From positions 1 through 64,000 of the forward strand of contig CAWJGT010000011.1 in assembly GCA_963842525.1 (NCBI GenBank): a stretch of 64,000 bases of DNA, read 5' to 3'. The stretch comes from an uncultured Holophagales bacterium (GTDB lineage: Bacteria > Acidobacteriota > Thermoanaerobaculia > Multivoradales > UBA5704). Shown in pieces: positions 10,737 through 20,325 of the stretch. The stretch's first letter is position 1, and each line of letters starts with the position of its first letter. Both the position numbers and the translations under genes were made by a program. The notes beneath the pieces are model-generated. The model did not search any database, was not told the origin of the DNA, and saw nothing but the letters and a program-made list of their open reading frames with translations.

Positions 10737-11146
10737 TTCTGGTCGACACCGGCCCCTTCGTCGCGCTGTTCGACCCGGCGGACGGACAGCATGTGCGGTG
10801 CCGGGCGACGCTCAAGAGCCTCGGCGATCCCCTCTTCACCACCGTTCCCGTTCTCACCGAAACCTTCCACATGCTCTCGCCGGGAAGCCTCGGTTCAGCC
10901 CGGCTGCGCGACTTCATCCGTAAGGGTGGCGTCTCCGTCTGGTTCATGGATCAGGTAGCGGTGGAGCGTGCGTTCGATCTCATGGACCGGTATGCGGACC
11001 ACCCGATGGACCTCGCCGATGCCTCACTCGTCACCGCCGCGGAGTCTCTCGGGATCCGGAAGGTCTTTACTCTGGATCGCGGCGACTTTGTTTCCTACCG
11101 AGTGCTGCGAGGCCATCGGCAGGAAGCGCTCGAGATCCTGCCCTGA
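10733..11146 (+). CDS. vapC: PIN-domain toxin
   Basis: ILVDTGPFVAL, VLTE, MDLADASLV, FTLDRGDF acidic PIN residues. Confidence 0.9.
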   Translation: MILVDTGPFVALFDPADGQHVRCRATLKSLGDPLFTTVPVLTETFHMLSPGSLGSARLRDFIRKGGVSVWFMDQVAVERAFDLMDRYADHPMDLADASLVTAAESLGIRKVFTLDRGDFVSYRVLRGHRQEALEILP

Positions 11147-11351
11147 CGGGGGTCTTCCGCTATAGCTCGTCCTGGATCGATCGCTTCGTCTGAAACGCAT
11201 CCAGGGTTACCCGGCCGTCCTGAGCTTCGCGCGAGCAGGGAGCGGCTCCTCGGGGGCCCAGACCGGGCCGCTCCCCGTCTACGCGTACATCGATTTTCAA
11301 AGAGCCCTGCTTCCGACAGCGACTATGGAAGAAGTCGTCATCGATGCAGTG

Positions 11352-11381
11352 ATGCTATCTGGGATACAATAAGCCTGTCAA
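11352..11381 (-). promoter_or_regulatory. Putative sigma70 promoter, followed by a boxA-like motif (11294-11305) and a hairpin (11238-11275)
   Basis: Minus strand TTGACA-18 nt-TAGCAT; then GCTCTTTGAAAA; then GGGAGCGGC...GCCGCTCCC stem. Confidence 0.45.
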
Positions 11382-11404
11382 GGCATCCGCGGCGGTCCGA
11401 AGAT

Positions 11405-11712
11405 TCGGTCGATCCAGAGTCATCTGATAAGCGTACGGAGTGATCTGCATCGATCCAGACCCACCCTGGACTAATATCGGGTCATGCTGGATGGGTTCAG
11501 AATGACGTGGATCGATCCCGCGTCACCCGAAACGCATCCAGAGTCACCTACTACGCGTACAGGTCATTCTGGATCGATGTCAGGTCACGCTGGATGCGTA
11601 CAGAGCGCCCTGGATCGATCTCGCGTCGCCCGAAACGCATCCAGGGTGACCCGCTACGCGTATAGGTCGTCCTGGATCGATGTCAGGCCATGCTGGAGGC
11701 GTACAGATGACC
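11405..11712. repeat. Degenerate tandem repeat, ~20-21-bp subunits in a 103-bp higher-order period; related copy at 11170-11212
   Basis: TGGA-anchored units at 11467/11570/11673, 11488/11591/11694 and 11508/11611. Confidence 0.75.
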
Positions 11713-11784
11713 TAGTTCCGGGCCGCTAAGAGGCGGCAGCCGTGGGTGGGCTTTTTACCTTCCGGGGTGAAGGCCGAAACCTAT

Positions 11785-11988
11785 TCAGGCAGCCAGCCGG
11801 ACCAGCTCCTGGCGGTGGCTCGTCAGCTCGAAGGAAATCGCACCAAGCCGTGAGGGGAGGAACTCATTGCCTCCAGCAGTTCCGGGATCATGATCCGAAG
11901 CTTCTCGGCGAGCACCTCGACAGTCGGCGCCTCGGTCGCCAATCCAGGAACATCGTCGCTGGTGGCAACCCAGACTTCGGCCTCATGG
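11785..11988 (-). pseudogene. 5'-truncated paralogue of the DUF1902/HicB-like gene at 7805-8047
   Basis: Long near-identical blocks (agccagccggaccagctcctggcg, cgtcagctcgaaggaaatcgc, ccgggatcatgatccg); start lost at the island edge. Confidence 0.8.
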
Positions 11989-12368
11989 GTAGGTCATTTT
12001 TACTGGTATTGGACAGTACGCCTACAGGGGGTATGCCTTCACGCTTGGCTTCCCCGTCGCCGGCTTCATCACCCCGCTTGGGGCGAGGCGAGTCGCTGCG
12101 CCGGCCTAAGACGCGCAATCTGGGCCGAAATGTCTCCGAGACTGCGGTCCTCACCTTTGCCGCTCTTCCATGCTCTCCAGCGGGCCAGACCTGTGCTACA
12201 GTTCTATAGATTCTGGTCGCTAGGTACCAGGACCAGTGTTCGCAGTTCCTGCGAACAGGGATCTGCGTTTGGACGAGAGCGAGGAATTCTCGCGGCAAGA
12301 ACGGACAGCTGGCCAACAGCTATTGCGTATTTCAGATAAACAGGATATCTGCATTCAGGGGATCAGTC

Positions 12369-12821
12369 ATGCCAATTACCCCTTCTAAGACGACCCACGA
12401 TTCCTTTGCTCCTCTAGCCTGGAATGCAACTGTCGTTGTTGTTGCGCTGGAGAAACTGAGGCGCAGCAAGCCTCTCGGCAGAAAAGAGGTTGATGCCATG
12501 GCTGCCGTAGCCAAACAACTTGACCTCCTTTCAGAGGCAAGCCAGATCAGACTTTCGGAAGAATTTGAGGGAGAGTCTGACTCTCTGCCTCCGTATCTAC
12601 AGGAAAGCTTTTTTACTCTGGTTGCGATCGGTTCTACGGGCGGCAACTTTTCGAAGCTACCGGAGTTGGGTCAAGCTGGCAAGGAGCTCTCGCTGATCTG
12701 CGAGAACCTAAACGCGGGGCAGGGATTTACTAATCCTGAAGTGCTTACACGTGTTAAAGAGGTCTGCGTTAGACTTGTGGAACACTTAAACGACCAGCGC
12801 CCCGCGATGGTTGTCAGATGA
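12369..12821 (+). CDS. Hypothetical helical protein, first gene of the lower-GC operon
   Basis: 150-aa ORF with atypical AT-richer codon usage; closely spaced to next gene. Confidence 0.7.
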   Translation: MPITPSKTTHDSFAPLAWNATVVVVALEKLRRSKPLGRKEVDAMAAVAKQLDLLSEASQIRLSEEFEGESDSLPPYLQESFFTLVAIGSTGGNFSKLPELGQAGKELSLICENLNAGQGFTNPEVLTRVKEVCVRLVEHLNDQRPAMVVR

Positions 12822-13956
12822 GGTAAACGGCATGCCTAATGCGTGGCAGATTAACTGCCTTCGGGCGAGGATGCGCTCTCTCGAGGCTGAGATCAGGAGG
12901 GTGGCGGAAAAGGATCATCCCTACCCAGAGCCCGATGTAATATATAACGCCCTTGTCTCGGTTGTCCGATCGCGGATTGACTTGTTTGAGGAAGCTCTCG
13001 ATCTGTTTTTGGGCAGCGAGGAATACGAAAGAGATCTTCAGGCTACGTTCGGTACCGTTGCAAGAGACTTGCAGCGGGTTGCAGAGGAATTCAGTCTTGC
13101 AGACCGCGTAGATAGCGCTCGCATACCCTTTGAACTCCTGAGGGCCTTGTCGTGGGCCGCCAATATACTTCTGGACGAAAATTGTAGAACAGTTGTACGC
13201 CTTGACACGACATACACCTACACAATTTCTTCTTGCCGGCAGCGGTTCGAAGGTCTCGGGTGGACGGACCACTGGGACGCGTCGGTAAATACAGACCGTT
13301 TTACAGTACTGGTATTGGGATTCCCGTCCTCAGATGCCAACTCCATCCTTCTTCATGCACTCGCTGCGCACGAATTTGGCCATCGGTTTATTCCTAGATA
13401 CAAGTCTAGCCTCTTGGCCCTCAGAGACCGGCTTGCGCAAGATGTAAAGGGTGAATATGGAGAGCAGCTAAAAGATTACCTCTTGGATAACGTTGTGAAA
13501 CGGGAGGGTGTGGCCAGAGGAGATGCCTATGAAGAAAGCAGGAAATTGGTTGAGGCACGCCTCCTCAAGCTCGGAGAATATTGGTTAAGCGAGATTCTTT
13601 CTGATCTAGTTGCGGCGAGGCTTGTTGGCCCGGCGTTCTTGCCGGCTCTTGACCGAATACTCTTGGGCCTCGGCAGGCCGAGTCCGACCCACCCTCCAGG
13701 GCACCTTCGGAAACATCTTGTTCGGGAGTACTTGGGTAAGCTTTTTCCCGAATTGGTTGAGGACTCGATCTGGATGCCATTTTTTTCCCAGCACGAGGAC
13801 CTTGCCTTGTCTCGTGCTACTGATGAACAGGGGCAGGGAGACGCCTGGCAGCCTCTTTATCAAGTCGGGGAGAGAATGTGCCGCCTAGGCCTAGAGCCGA
13901 TATCCAGCATCCTGGAAACATGCCCGTGCACGTTCGAGAAAGTTCAACAGTATGCT

Positions 13957-15736
13957 CTAGCGAAGCCTGCGGCCTCAAACCGACGAGGGGAGAGAGTGTC
14001 GGAGAGTGATGAGGCAGTATCGGCTTGAGACGAGGAGATATCGCAGGTAAGATACCCCTATGGCGAGCATAGCGGAGATCCTGGAAGGACACGTAACCCT
14101 GGAGGTGGAGTGCGTTGATCGGCTGTACCTGAACGGGTATATCCCGAGTCTGGCGACTCCTGGGGGGCTGGTGGTTTTCTTGCGTGAGCACCTGGGCAAG
14201 CCCATCCCATCGCCAGCGATCCTGGGCCAACTCACATCGAGCTTTCGGAAAAGGGTAGAAGCGTTTGCTGCGGAGAACGAAATCCCGTGGATCAAGTTTG
14301 AGCCTGGGGAGAGGAAGGACGACCGAGCGAATCAGATGCGCCGAGAGCGCAACGTTCGGGGGGAGGTGGTCTTCATCGGGGTGGCTCAGGAGAAGGCCAA
14401 GGCCTTTTCGGGCAAGCAGACCAAGGAGGAGGGAGCAGGGCGGTTCGAGTACACGCGGGACAAGACGGTATACGTGAACCACTACTACTTCTATGTTGAT
14501 GACGAAGAATTCGGTCCGGCATTCGTGAAGGTGTGCAGCTATGCGCCCTGGGCTTTGAAGGTATGCCTCAACGGACATGAGTGGGCCAAACGCCAGTTGG
14601 ACAAACGGGGGATTGCCTACACGGCCCTGGACAACGGATTTCTCGAGTGTGGCGATCCGCAGGCCCTGCAGGAGATTTGTAACTCCCTGGGAGCGGAGCA
14701 GATCGAGGCCTTTCTGGCGCGCTGGCTGGAGCGGCTGCCGATGCCCTTGACGAGCGAAGATCGGGCGGCGGGATACGACTGGAAGCTGTCGATCTGGCAG
14801 ATGGAGGTCAGCCTGACGCAGGTCTTCGATCGGCCGGTTCGGGGTCGAGAATTTTTCGAGGAGGTGATGCGGGACAACCTCGATTTGGGTCGTCCCGACC
14901 GTCTGCAGTTGGTCTTTGATCGACGGATCCTGGCGAGCACACCAGGGCAATTCCGGACCCGGGTGATCCAGGATGGTGTGTTGCCGAGCCTGCATATCGA
15001 ATACAAGAATTTCGATCTGAAGCAGTACTTCAAAGAGGGCCGCGCCCTGCGCACGGAAGGAACGTTCCGCAACCCGAAGGATTTCAACGTCAACAAGGGG
15101 CTTTCGAACTTCGCCTATCTGGAGCAGATAGGACGCCAGATCAACCGGCGGCTTCTGGAGGTCGAGCGGGTGAGCCAGAACTGTGGGCTCTCCGCCGATG
15201 GCATCCAACGCGTGGTGCAGCCTACCGTCAGCGAGGACGGTCAAAAAGCGCCGGGGCTTCGGTTCGGCGATCCGCGGGTCATGGCTTTGATGCTGACCCT
15301 CAACCTGTTCATCCATCTGATCAACGGTTTCCGCAATCGGGATCTCCGCGAGGCAGTCAGCGACCTGTTGGGACGGGACCATCCATATACCGCGACCCAA
15401 GCGACCTATGACATCAGACGCCTCTGCCGCAAGGGTCTGCTCTACCGTCGTCCCGGGACCCATCGCTACGTGGTCACGCCCTACGGTTGGAAGATCGCCA
15501 GGCTCTACGCTCGTCTGGAAGCTCGCATCTTCCGGCCGGCCCTTACAGTTGTGGAAGGAGAACACGTCGCGGATCCTCTCCCCAAGCTCTCACGAGCTCT
15601 AGCGAAAGTTGATCACGAGCTGGACACTCTTATCTTCTCGGCATTCCCTTCCATGAAGGAGAAGGCTGCATAGGGGAGAAAAGGTATCAAAAAACGTGTC
15701 TCTTTTGTCTAGAAGTCGGTCTGATTAGACGACTAG
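13957..15736 (+). mobile_element. IS-like element bounded by CTAG at both ends, unassigned family
   Basis: CTAG at 13957-60 and 15733-36; cleanly interrupts a gene; identical left end at 61058; right-end hairpin; subterminal TCARACCGAC inverted motif. Confidence 0.9.
14060..15673 (+). CDS. Putative transposase of the CTAG element (Rep_trans/gpII-like core plus C-terminal winged helix, inferred)
   Basis: Only long ORF in the element; WQMEVSLTQ, LKQYFK, ALRTE motifs; wHTH-like GFRNRDLR...YDIRRL..KGLLYR..GTHRYVVT. Confidence 0.7.
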   Translation: MASIAEILEGHVTLEVECVDRLYLNGYIPSLATPGGLVVFLREHLGKPIPSPAILGQLTSSFRKRVEAFAAENEIPWIKFEPGERKDDRANQMRRERNVRGEVVFIGVAQEKAKAFSGKQTKEEGAGRFEYTRDKTVYVNHYYFYVDDEEFGPAFVKVCSYAPWALKVCLNGHEWAKRQLDKRGIAYTALDNGFLECGDPQALQEICNSLGAEQIEAFLARWLERLPMPLTSEDRAAGYDWKLSIWQMEVSLTQVFDRPVRGREFFEEVMRDNLDLGRPDRLQLVFDRRILASTPGQFRTRVIQDGVLPSLHIEYKNFDLKQYFKEGRALRTEGTFRNPKDFNVNKGLSNFAYLEQIGRQINRRLLEVERVSQNCGLSADGIQRVVQPTVSEDGQKAPGLRFGDPRVMALMLTLNLFIHLINGFRNRDLREAVSDLLGRDHPYTATQATYDIRRLCRKGLLYRRPGTHRYVVTPYGWKIARLYARLEARIFRPALTVVEGEHVADPLPKLSRALAKVDHELDTLIFSAFPSMKEKAA

Positions 15737-16035
15737 TGGTCGAAAAGATGGAAGAGTGCATTGATAACCTGGCACCGCCGAGTGTTGCCTTGAGCTTGAG
15801 CGGCCACGACGACGAGGTATTTAATTTCTGGTTGTTGATGTATACTGCGTGGCACTTTCGATTGGACGCAGTGCGCTTCGCAGGTTTTGCCGAGCGGCAT
15901 GGGTGGGAAGGAGACCTTGGGAAGGCGGAAGAAGTGTTGGGAAACCTCCTCTTGCAGGCATTGCAAGCCTTAGAGCTTAGATATCAATGGGAGAGGCGCA
16001 AGAACGGGGAGCGAGTAGCGTGAAGGAGGACAGCT

Positions 16036-16638
16036 ATGTCGATCAGTCGAGAAGAATTGCTTCGCCGAATTATCGAAGAGGAAAATTGGAGCCGAAGGCT
16101 TATTGTTGAGCCTTTTTTTGTGGGTCGGTCTGCCCCGGTGGCATCGGCGTCTCTGGATTTCCATCTTGGCAACAGATTCACGATTCTTCGTAGTCGCCGC
16201 GCAGCTCAGCACGATCCTCTCAGCGAAGATCCGCGGAAGGATGTTGCCTTCAGCGAGATTTTTATTCCCATGGGGCAGGCATTGTCTTTACATCCAGGGC
16301 AGATAGTCTTGGGAACGACGCTGGAGTGGTTTAAGTTTCCAAGCGATCTAATGGCCTATGTGATAGGTAGGTCGATCTGGGGGCGCAGAGGTTTGCTCAT
16401 AGTAACGGCGCAAGCTGTGCACCCGGGTTCATCGGGGACAGTTACGCTGGAAATGTCCAATCTCGGTGAGGTTAGCTTGCGGCTCAAGCCAGGGGTCGCC
16501 ATCGGTCAGCTTTTCTTTCATCAGGTAGAATCAACGGTTCGATTGGATGAAAGAAAGTCCACGTTTTCTGGCGCATTCCGGCCTATTCTCGGGAAATACT
16601 CTAAATCGGAATCTGAAGACTTGTTCCTCAGCCTGTAG
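16036..16638 (+). CDS. dcd: dCTP deaminase (trimeric dUTPase fold), divergent
   Basis: ASLDFHLG, LHPGQIVLGTTLE, GRSIWGRRGL, HPGSSGTVTLEMSNLG, GQLFF; RBS AAGGAGG. Confidence 0.88.
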   Translation: MSISREELLRRIIEEENWSRRLIVEPFFVGRSAPVASASLDFHLGNRFTILRSRRAAQHDPLSEDPRKDVAFSEIFIPMGQALSLHPGQIVLGTTLEWFKFPSDLMAYVIGRSIWGRRGLLIVTAQAVHPGSSGTVTLEMSNLGEVSLRLKPGVAIGQLFFHQVESTVRLDERKSTFSGAFRPILGKYSKSESEDLFLSL

Positions 16639-17200
16639 ACGCGTTCCTTCTATGTATGACAAATGTCTCGGCAAGGACAATATTTGTCCCTTCATACTTG
16701 ATGTATCCAGACCTGCTTAGGGAGTGAAGCGCGATCTCGAATCCCTCGCCGGATAGTTCTTGAAGTTGTTGAAGCTTGGTCGCCTCCTCAAAGAAGAGGG
16801 ACTTCGCTTTTTCGCGATCCATAGAATGGTTGCGGGACCGATAGACAAGCCAAAAGAGAAGACCCTCTGCAGGCGTAGCTTGTTGCTTGGCGTCTGCCAA
16901 GGCAAGGGCGCAAGAGAGAACAGCGCTTGCAACGAGAAAACCAGTGTTGCTTCCTGCAATGCCGGTCACGAGCGATAGTAAGATCAGTCCTGCCGCGCGG
17001 GGTTTGTAGTGGATGACTTCGGGTGAGGCATTGTTTTTTTTCGTGATATAGGTTAGCTGACCGCTCTCGAACGTAGGAATAGTTATTGCCTCATTCACTA
17101 ACTGGTTGGCGCATTGACTCGCTTCATCGAGAGATAAAGAGGGTGTGCCCGGAAGACCTTGAAGTGCGAGGGAAATGGTTTCGGCGATCGTTTTTTTCAT
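16628..17200 (-). CDS. Hypothetical protein with central hydrophobic hairpin and possible C-terminal winged helix
   Basis: 190-aa AT-richer ORF convergent with dcd. Confidence 0.6.
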   Translation of the reverse strand: MKKTIAETISLALQGLPGTPSLSLDEASQCANQLVNEAITIPTFESGQLTYITKKNNASPEVIHYKPRAAGLILLSLVTGIAGSNTGFLVASAVLSCALALADAKQQATPAEGLLFWLVYRSRNHSMDREKAKSLFFEEATKLQQLQELSGEGFEIALHSLSRSGYIKYEGTNIVLAETFVIHRRNASTG

Positions 17201-17929
17201 GTCGGCCTCTTAGGCTTGTAATGGTTCAGTTTGTCGCGGCCAATAGGGCTGTGGGATGCGCACCGGTACGCTTCAGAACTCAGGAAAGACAGGGTTCCCT
17301 TGCAGATGCGGAAATCGAGACTCTCTCTCGATGCTCACGCCGCAAGGATAGCATTTTCAGAGGTGCAAGAGTACCCTGCCCTGTGCCCAGAATGTGTCCG
17401 AAAGGTGTCAAGCCGGCCCGAGGAAGCACCCGGAAATAGTGTCTCGCGTTGGCCCGGATCTCGCCGACGTGCAGCGCTGTTCCTCGTCGGGCCGCACGCA
17501 CTGACTGTGCTCCGCCTTAGCTCCTGGGAGATGCTGGGGTCGAGGCAGTGCTCTCCTCCATCAGGTTTCCGGCACCCTCCGGTCTATTGGCTTGGCGATC
17601 GGCACGTGCTTCTTCTCACATCCTCATGAGCGAGAGTGAGGGTATCCAGGATATCCGGAAGCCCTACAGCGGATGCTGCTCGTCGCCGCCGTTCTTCGTC
17701 GAGCAGCAAGCCCAGACGCGCGATAGCGCTATCGGTCGGAAGGCGGCCCGGGCCGAGGCCCGCAGCGCTAGGTGAAACCTAGCACTCACTTACCGAATGT
17801 TGGTGGAGTCCCGGTTTCGGGCAAACCCGAGGCGTGGGGTCGCGGGAGCCTTTCCGCTGGCGACGATCGACAAGGAGGGCAGGGTGTGGGAGGCTGGTCA
17901 TCAGCTCGTAGTGCGGGCGCTGAAGAAGC

Positions 17930-18335
17930 TCAAGATCGCTGCCCGACCAGCAGCTCGACCTCCGGCAGAGCGGCCAGATCTCGCGCGGCCTTGGCCAGCG
18001 GCCGGTGGAACGTAGCGAACCGTTCTGTTCCGCGGCTGGAGCTCAGGCGCAGAGCATCAGCGAAGTCGAGCCCCCGGGTGCGGTCTAGGGCGAGGAAGAC
18101 GGCGTCCGGGTCTTCGACGTCATGTTGCGGTAGCCGAGGAGCCGGCGGAAGATCTCCAGGATGGTCTCTCGGGAGAGCTCATAGCTATAGCGGAGAACCC
18201 ACTCCGTCTCCAAGAGGGCAGTCTTGCAGACCCAGAGATCGTCGGTCCTCATCGTCTCCAGCGCCACGGCGGGCTGGTCAGGGTCATCCGCCGTGAACAC
18301 CCGGACGAGGACGTTTGGTGTTCGAACGAGATCAC
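17930..18335 (-). pseudogene. vapC: PIN-domain toxin (VapC), frameshifted
   Basis: NVLVRVFTADDPDQ, LLETEWVLRYSY, GLDFADAL, FATF across frames. Confidence 0.75.
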
Positions 18336-18618
18336 CGGCTCTCCCGGGCTCCTCGTGCGATTGCGGCCTCCATTTCCTCCAGGGTCTTTGCGGGCCCTCG
18401 ATAGCCGACGCAACCGACGAGGTCTTCCAGGGTGGTCTCGGAAGCCTTCGGGCCGAACGCAGCAGGATCCGGTCCTCCTCATCCTCCAAAACGAGCTCGA
18501 CCCTTTCGCTCCATCCATGGCGCAGCCGGACCTCTTTGGGTACCACAAGCTGACCCTTGGTCGAGAGCCGGACCAAATACGTCCGGTCGGAAGGCGGACT
18601 GGTGCCCCGTTCGCTCAT
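18332..18618 (-). CDS. AbrB/MazE/SpoVT family antitoxin (frameshift near 18440)
   Basis: VRLSTKGQLVVPKEVR; C-terminal KTLEEMEAAIARGA in adjacent frame. Confidence 0.8.
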
Positions 18619-18765
18619 AGCTGGCTTCTCTCCCGGTAGAGCCTCCGGTAAGACAGTCTAGTACTCTTGCGCCGTGCCAGGCGGCGGTCTCGGCAGGAGT
18701 TGGTGTCTTTGGGCGATGAAATTTCGCTTGCGCTGGCGTGGTACTACTTGTTGCGGAGGAGGCCT

Positions 18766-19032
18766 ATGGACGTTCTGCTTCAGGTTCCGGACGACATCGT
18801 CGAGAGGCTCCAAGTCCGTTTGGAGGATCTCCCGCGTCATGCTCTGGAGTCTCTCGCTGCTGATTTCTATCGTGCAAGGCTGCTGACCTCCGCAGAGGTC
18901 CAGCGGATGCTCGGCTTCCAGACCCGATGGCAGACTGACGCGTTCCTCAAGGGGAAAGAGGCTTACTTGCGCTACTCCGCGGCAGATCTCGAACGGGATA
19001 TCGAGACATTCCGCAAGCTTTCCGGCCGGTGA
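18766..19032 (+). CDS. UPF0175 family antitoxin
   Basis: ALESLAADFYRARLLTSAEVQRMLGF..RW..DAFLK; overlaps DUF3368 gene. Confidence 0.8.
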   Translation: MDVLLQVPDDIVERLQVRLEDLPRHALESLAADFYRARLLTSAEVQRMLGFQTRWQTDAFLKGKEAYLRYSAADLERDIETFRKLSGR

Positions 19033-19506
19033 GGGCCGTCTCCGATACCTCTCCGCTTTCGTATCTGCTCCTGATCGGGGAGAGCGAGTTGCTCCCTGTT
19101 CTGTATGACCGGATCTTCATTCCAAGGGCCGTCGCGACGGAGCTCAAGCACCCAGACGCTCCTCCTGTTGTAAGGGGATGGATGGCGACGCCTCCACCTT
19201 GGTTGGAGATCCACCAAGTCGCTCCAAGGACACCCCGGGATCTGCGCCACCTTCAGCCGGGCGAACGCGAAGCTATGCTCCTGGCGGAAGATCTCGGAGC
19301 GGATCAGGTGATTCTCGAATGACTGGGAGGCGCGACAGGCTGCCGTGAAGCGCGGCTTGGCAGTGACCGGTCTCCTGGGCGTTCTTGATCAAGCCGCGAG
19401 AAGATCGCTCATCGACCTGGTCAGCGTGGTCCAGCGGCTCCGGAAGACCAGCTTCCATGTCGCTCCCTCGCTTCTGAAGGACCTCCTCGACCGGCACGTC
19501 CGTTGA
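19029..19506 (+). CDS. DUF3368 PIN-like toxin (frameshift near 19320)
   Basis: VSDTSPLSYL, IPRAVATEL, LQPGEREAMLLA, then D..ARQAAVKRGLAVTGLLGVL. Confidence 0.82.
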
Positions 19507-19651
19507 CCCCAGCGGGGGGATTGCGGTGGAGAGCGGCCAGGTCCTGACCCGAGCTTGTGACGAGTTGCACAAGCTCCCGGAAGTTGCTATGCTGCGCCGC
19601 GCCGAGGAGAGGTGTTCACCAGGGTGCGGTGGCCCGGCGTTCGAGCCCGCG

Positions 19652-19913
19652 ATGGCCGAGGAGCGGAATACAGACAGGCAGTGGATCCGGCTCTCGGGCC
19701 TCGGGATCGAAGCTCGGGGCGGCGATCGGAGGGCTTACCCTGGCAGGCTACTGGTGGGACCGCCACTTCGGCACCGCGCCGTGGGGGTTCTGGATCGGCC
19801 TCACCATCGGCATGGTCGGCGGAATGTACAACCTGATCCGTCAGGCGCTGAACGCCACCCGCGAAGCCAACCGCGGCAGCCGGACAACGACGAAGCGCGA
19901 CGAGAGGCCATGA
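19652..19913 (+). CDS. AtpZ/AtpI family protein (frameshift near 19710)
   Basis: GYWWDRHFGTAPWGFWIGLTIGMVGGMYNLIR; first gene of atp operon. Confidence 0.8.
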
Positions 19914-20305
19914 CCGACGCCCACACGCCGACCGCAGCGTACCTGCGGTTCGTGGCGTGGGTGCTCGGAGTCGCGGCCCTCGCTGCGGCGGTCGGATACC
20001 TGCCGACCCGCCGCCTGGGAGGACCGGATGCGGTCCCCTCGATGCTCGCCGGGTGCGCCGTGGGTGTGCTCGCCTCGCTGGTGGGAGGCCTTCCGGTGCT
20101 CTGGGGCCGGCACGATCCGACGCCCGCCGAGAGGCTCAACCGGATGCTCTTCGGCCTGGGGCTGCGCTTCGGCGTCGCCGTCGCGCTGGGGCTCGCGGCG
20201 GCCTTCTCGGGCTGGTTCGAGCGCGATCCGCTGCTGCTCTGGGTCGCGATCAGCTACATGGCCCTGCTGGTGGTGGATACGCGGTTTGCTTTGAAGGGTT
20301 CCTGA
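19910..20305 (+). CDS. ATP synthase protein I-like membrane protein
   Basis: 4 TM; position before atpB. Confidence 0.65.
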   Translation: MTDAHTPTAAYLRFVAWVLGVAALAAAVGYLPTRRLGGPDAVPSMLAGCAVGVLASLVGGLPVLWGRHDPTPAERLNRMLFGLGLRFGVAVALGLAAAFSGWFERDPLLLWVAISYMALLVVDTRFALKGS

Positions 20306-20325
20306 AACGTGTTGGAGGCTCAAGG

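Larger units (their letters stand above)
12832..16023 (+). pseudogene. HExxH (zincin-like) protein of ~471 aa interrupted by the CTAG element
   Basis: LAAHEFGHRF, WLSEILSDLVAARLVGPAF, THPP; removing 13961-15736 restores the frame ...QQYAL/VVEKMEECID... Confidence 0.85.

Noticed and set aside
11405-11712. Possible CRISPR array or coding repeat
   Set aside because: No constant repeat with variable spacers; 103-bp period is not a multiple of 3
13817-15565. 582-aa antisense ORF inside the CTAG element
   Set aside because: Shadow of the sense gene with no recognisable motifs; extends beyond the element boundary
14060-15673. MarR-type regulator, reverse transcriptase or group II intron protein
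   Set aside because: wHTH covers only the C-terminus; no YADD/RT motifs; the boundaries show a discrete DNA insertion
17231-17930. Several short ORFs at the right edge of the island
   Set aside because: No motifs, RBS or consistent codon bias that I can support
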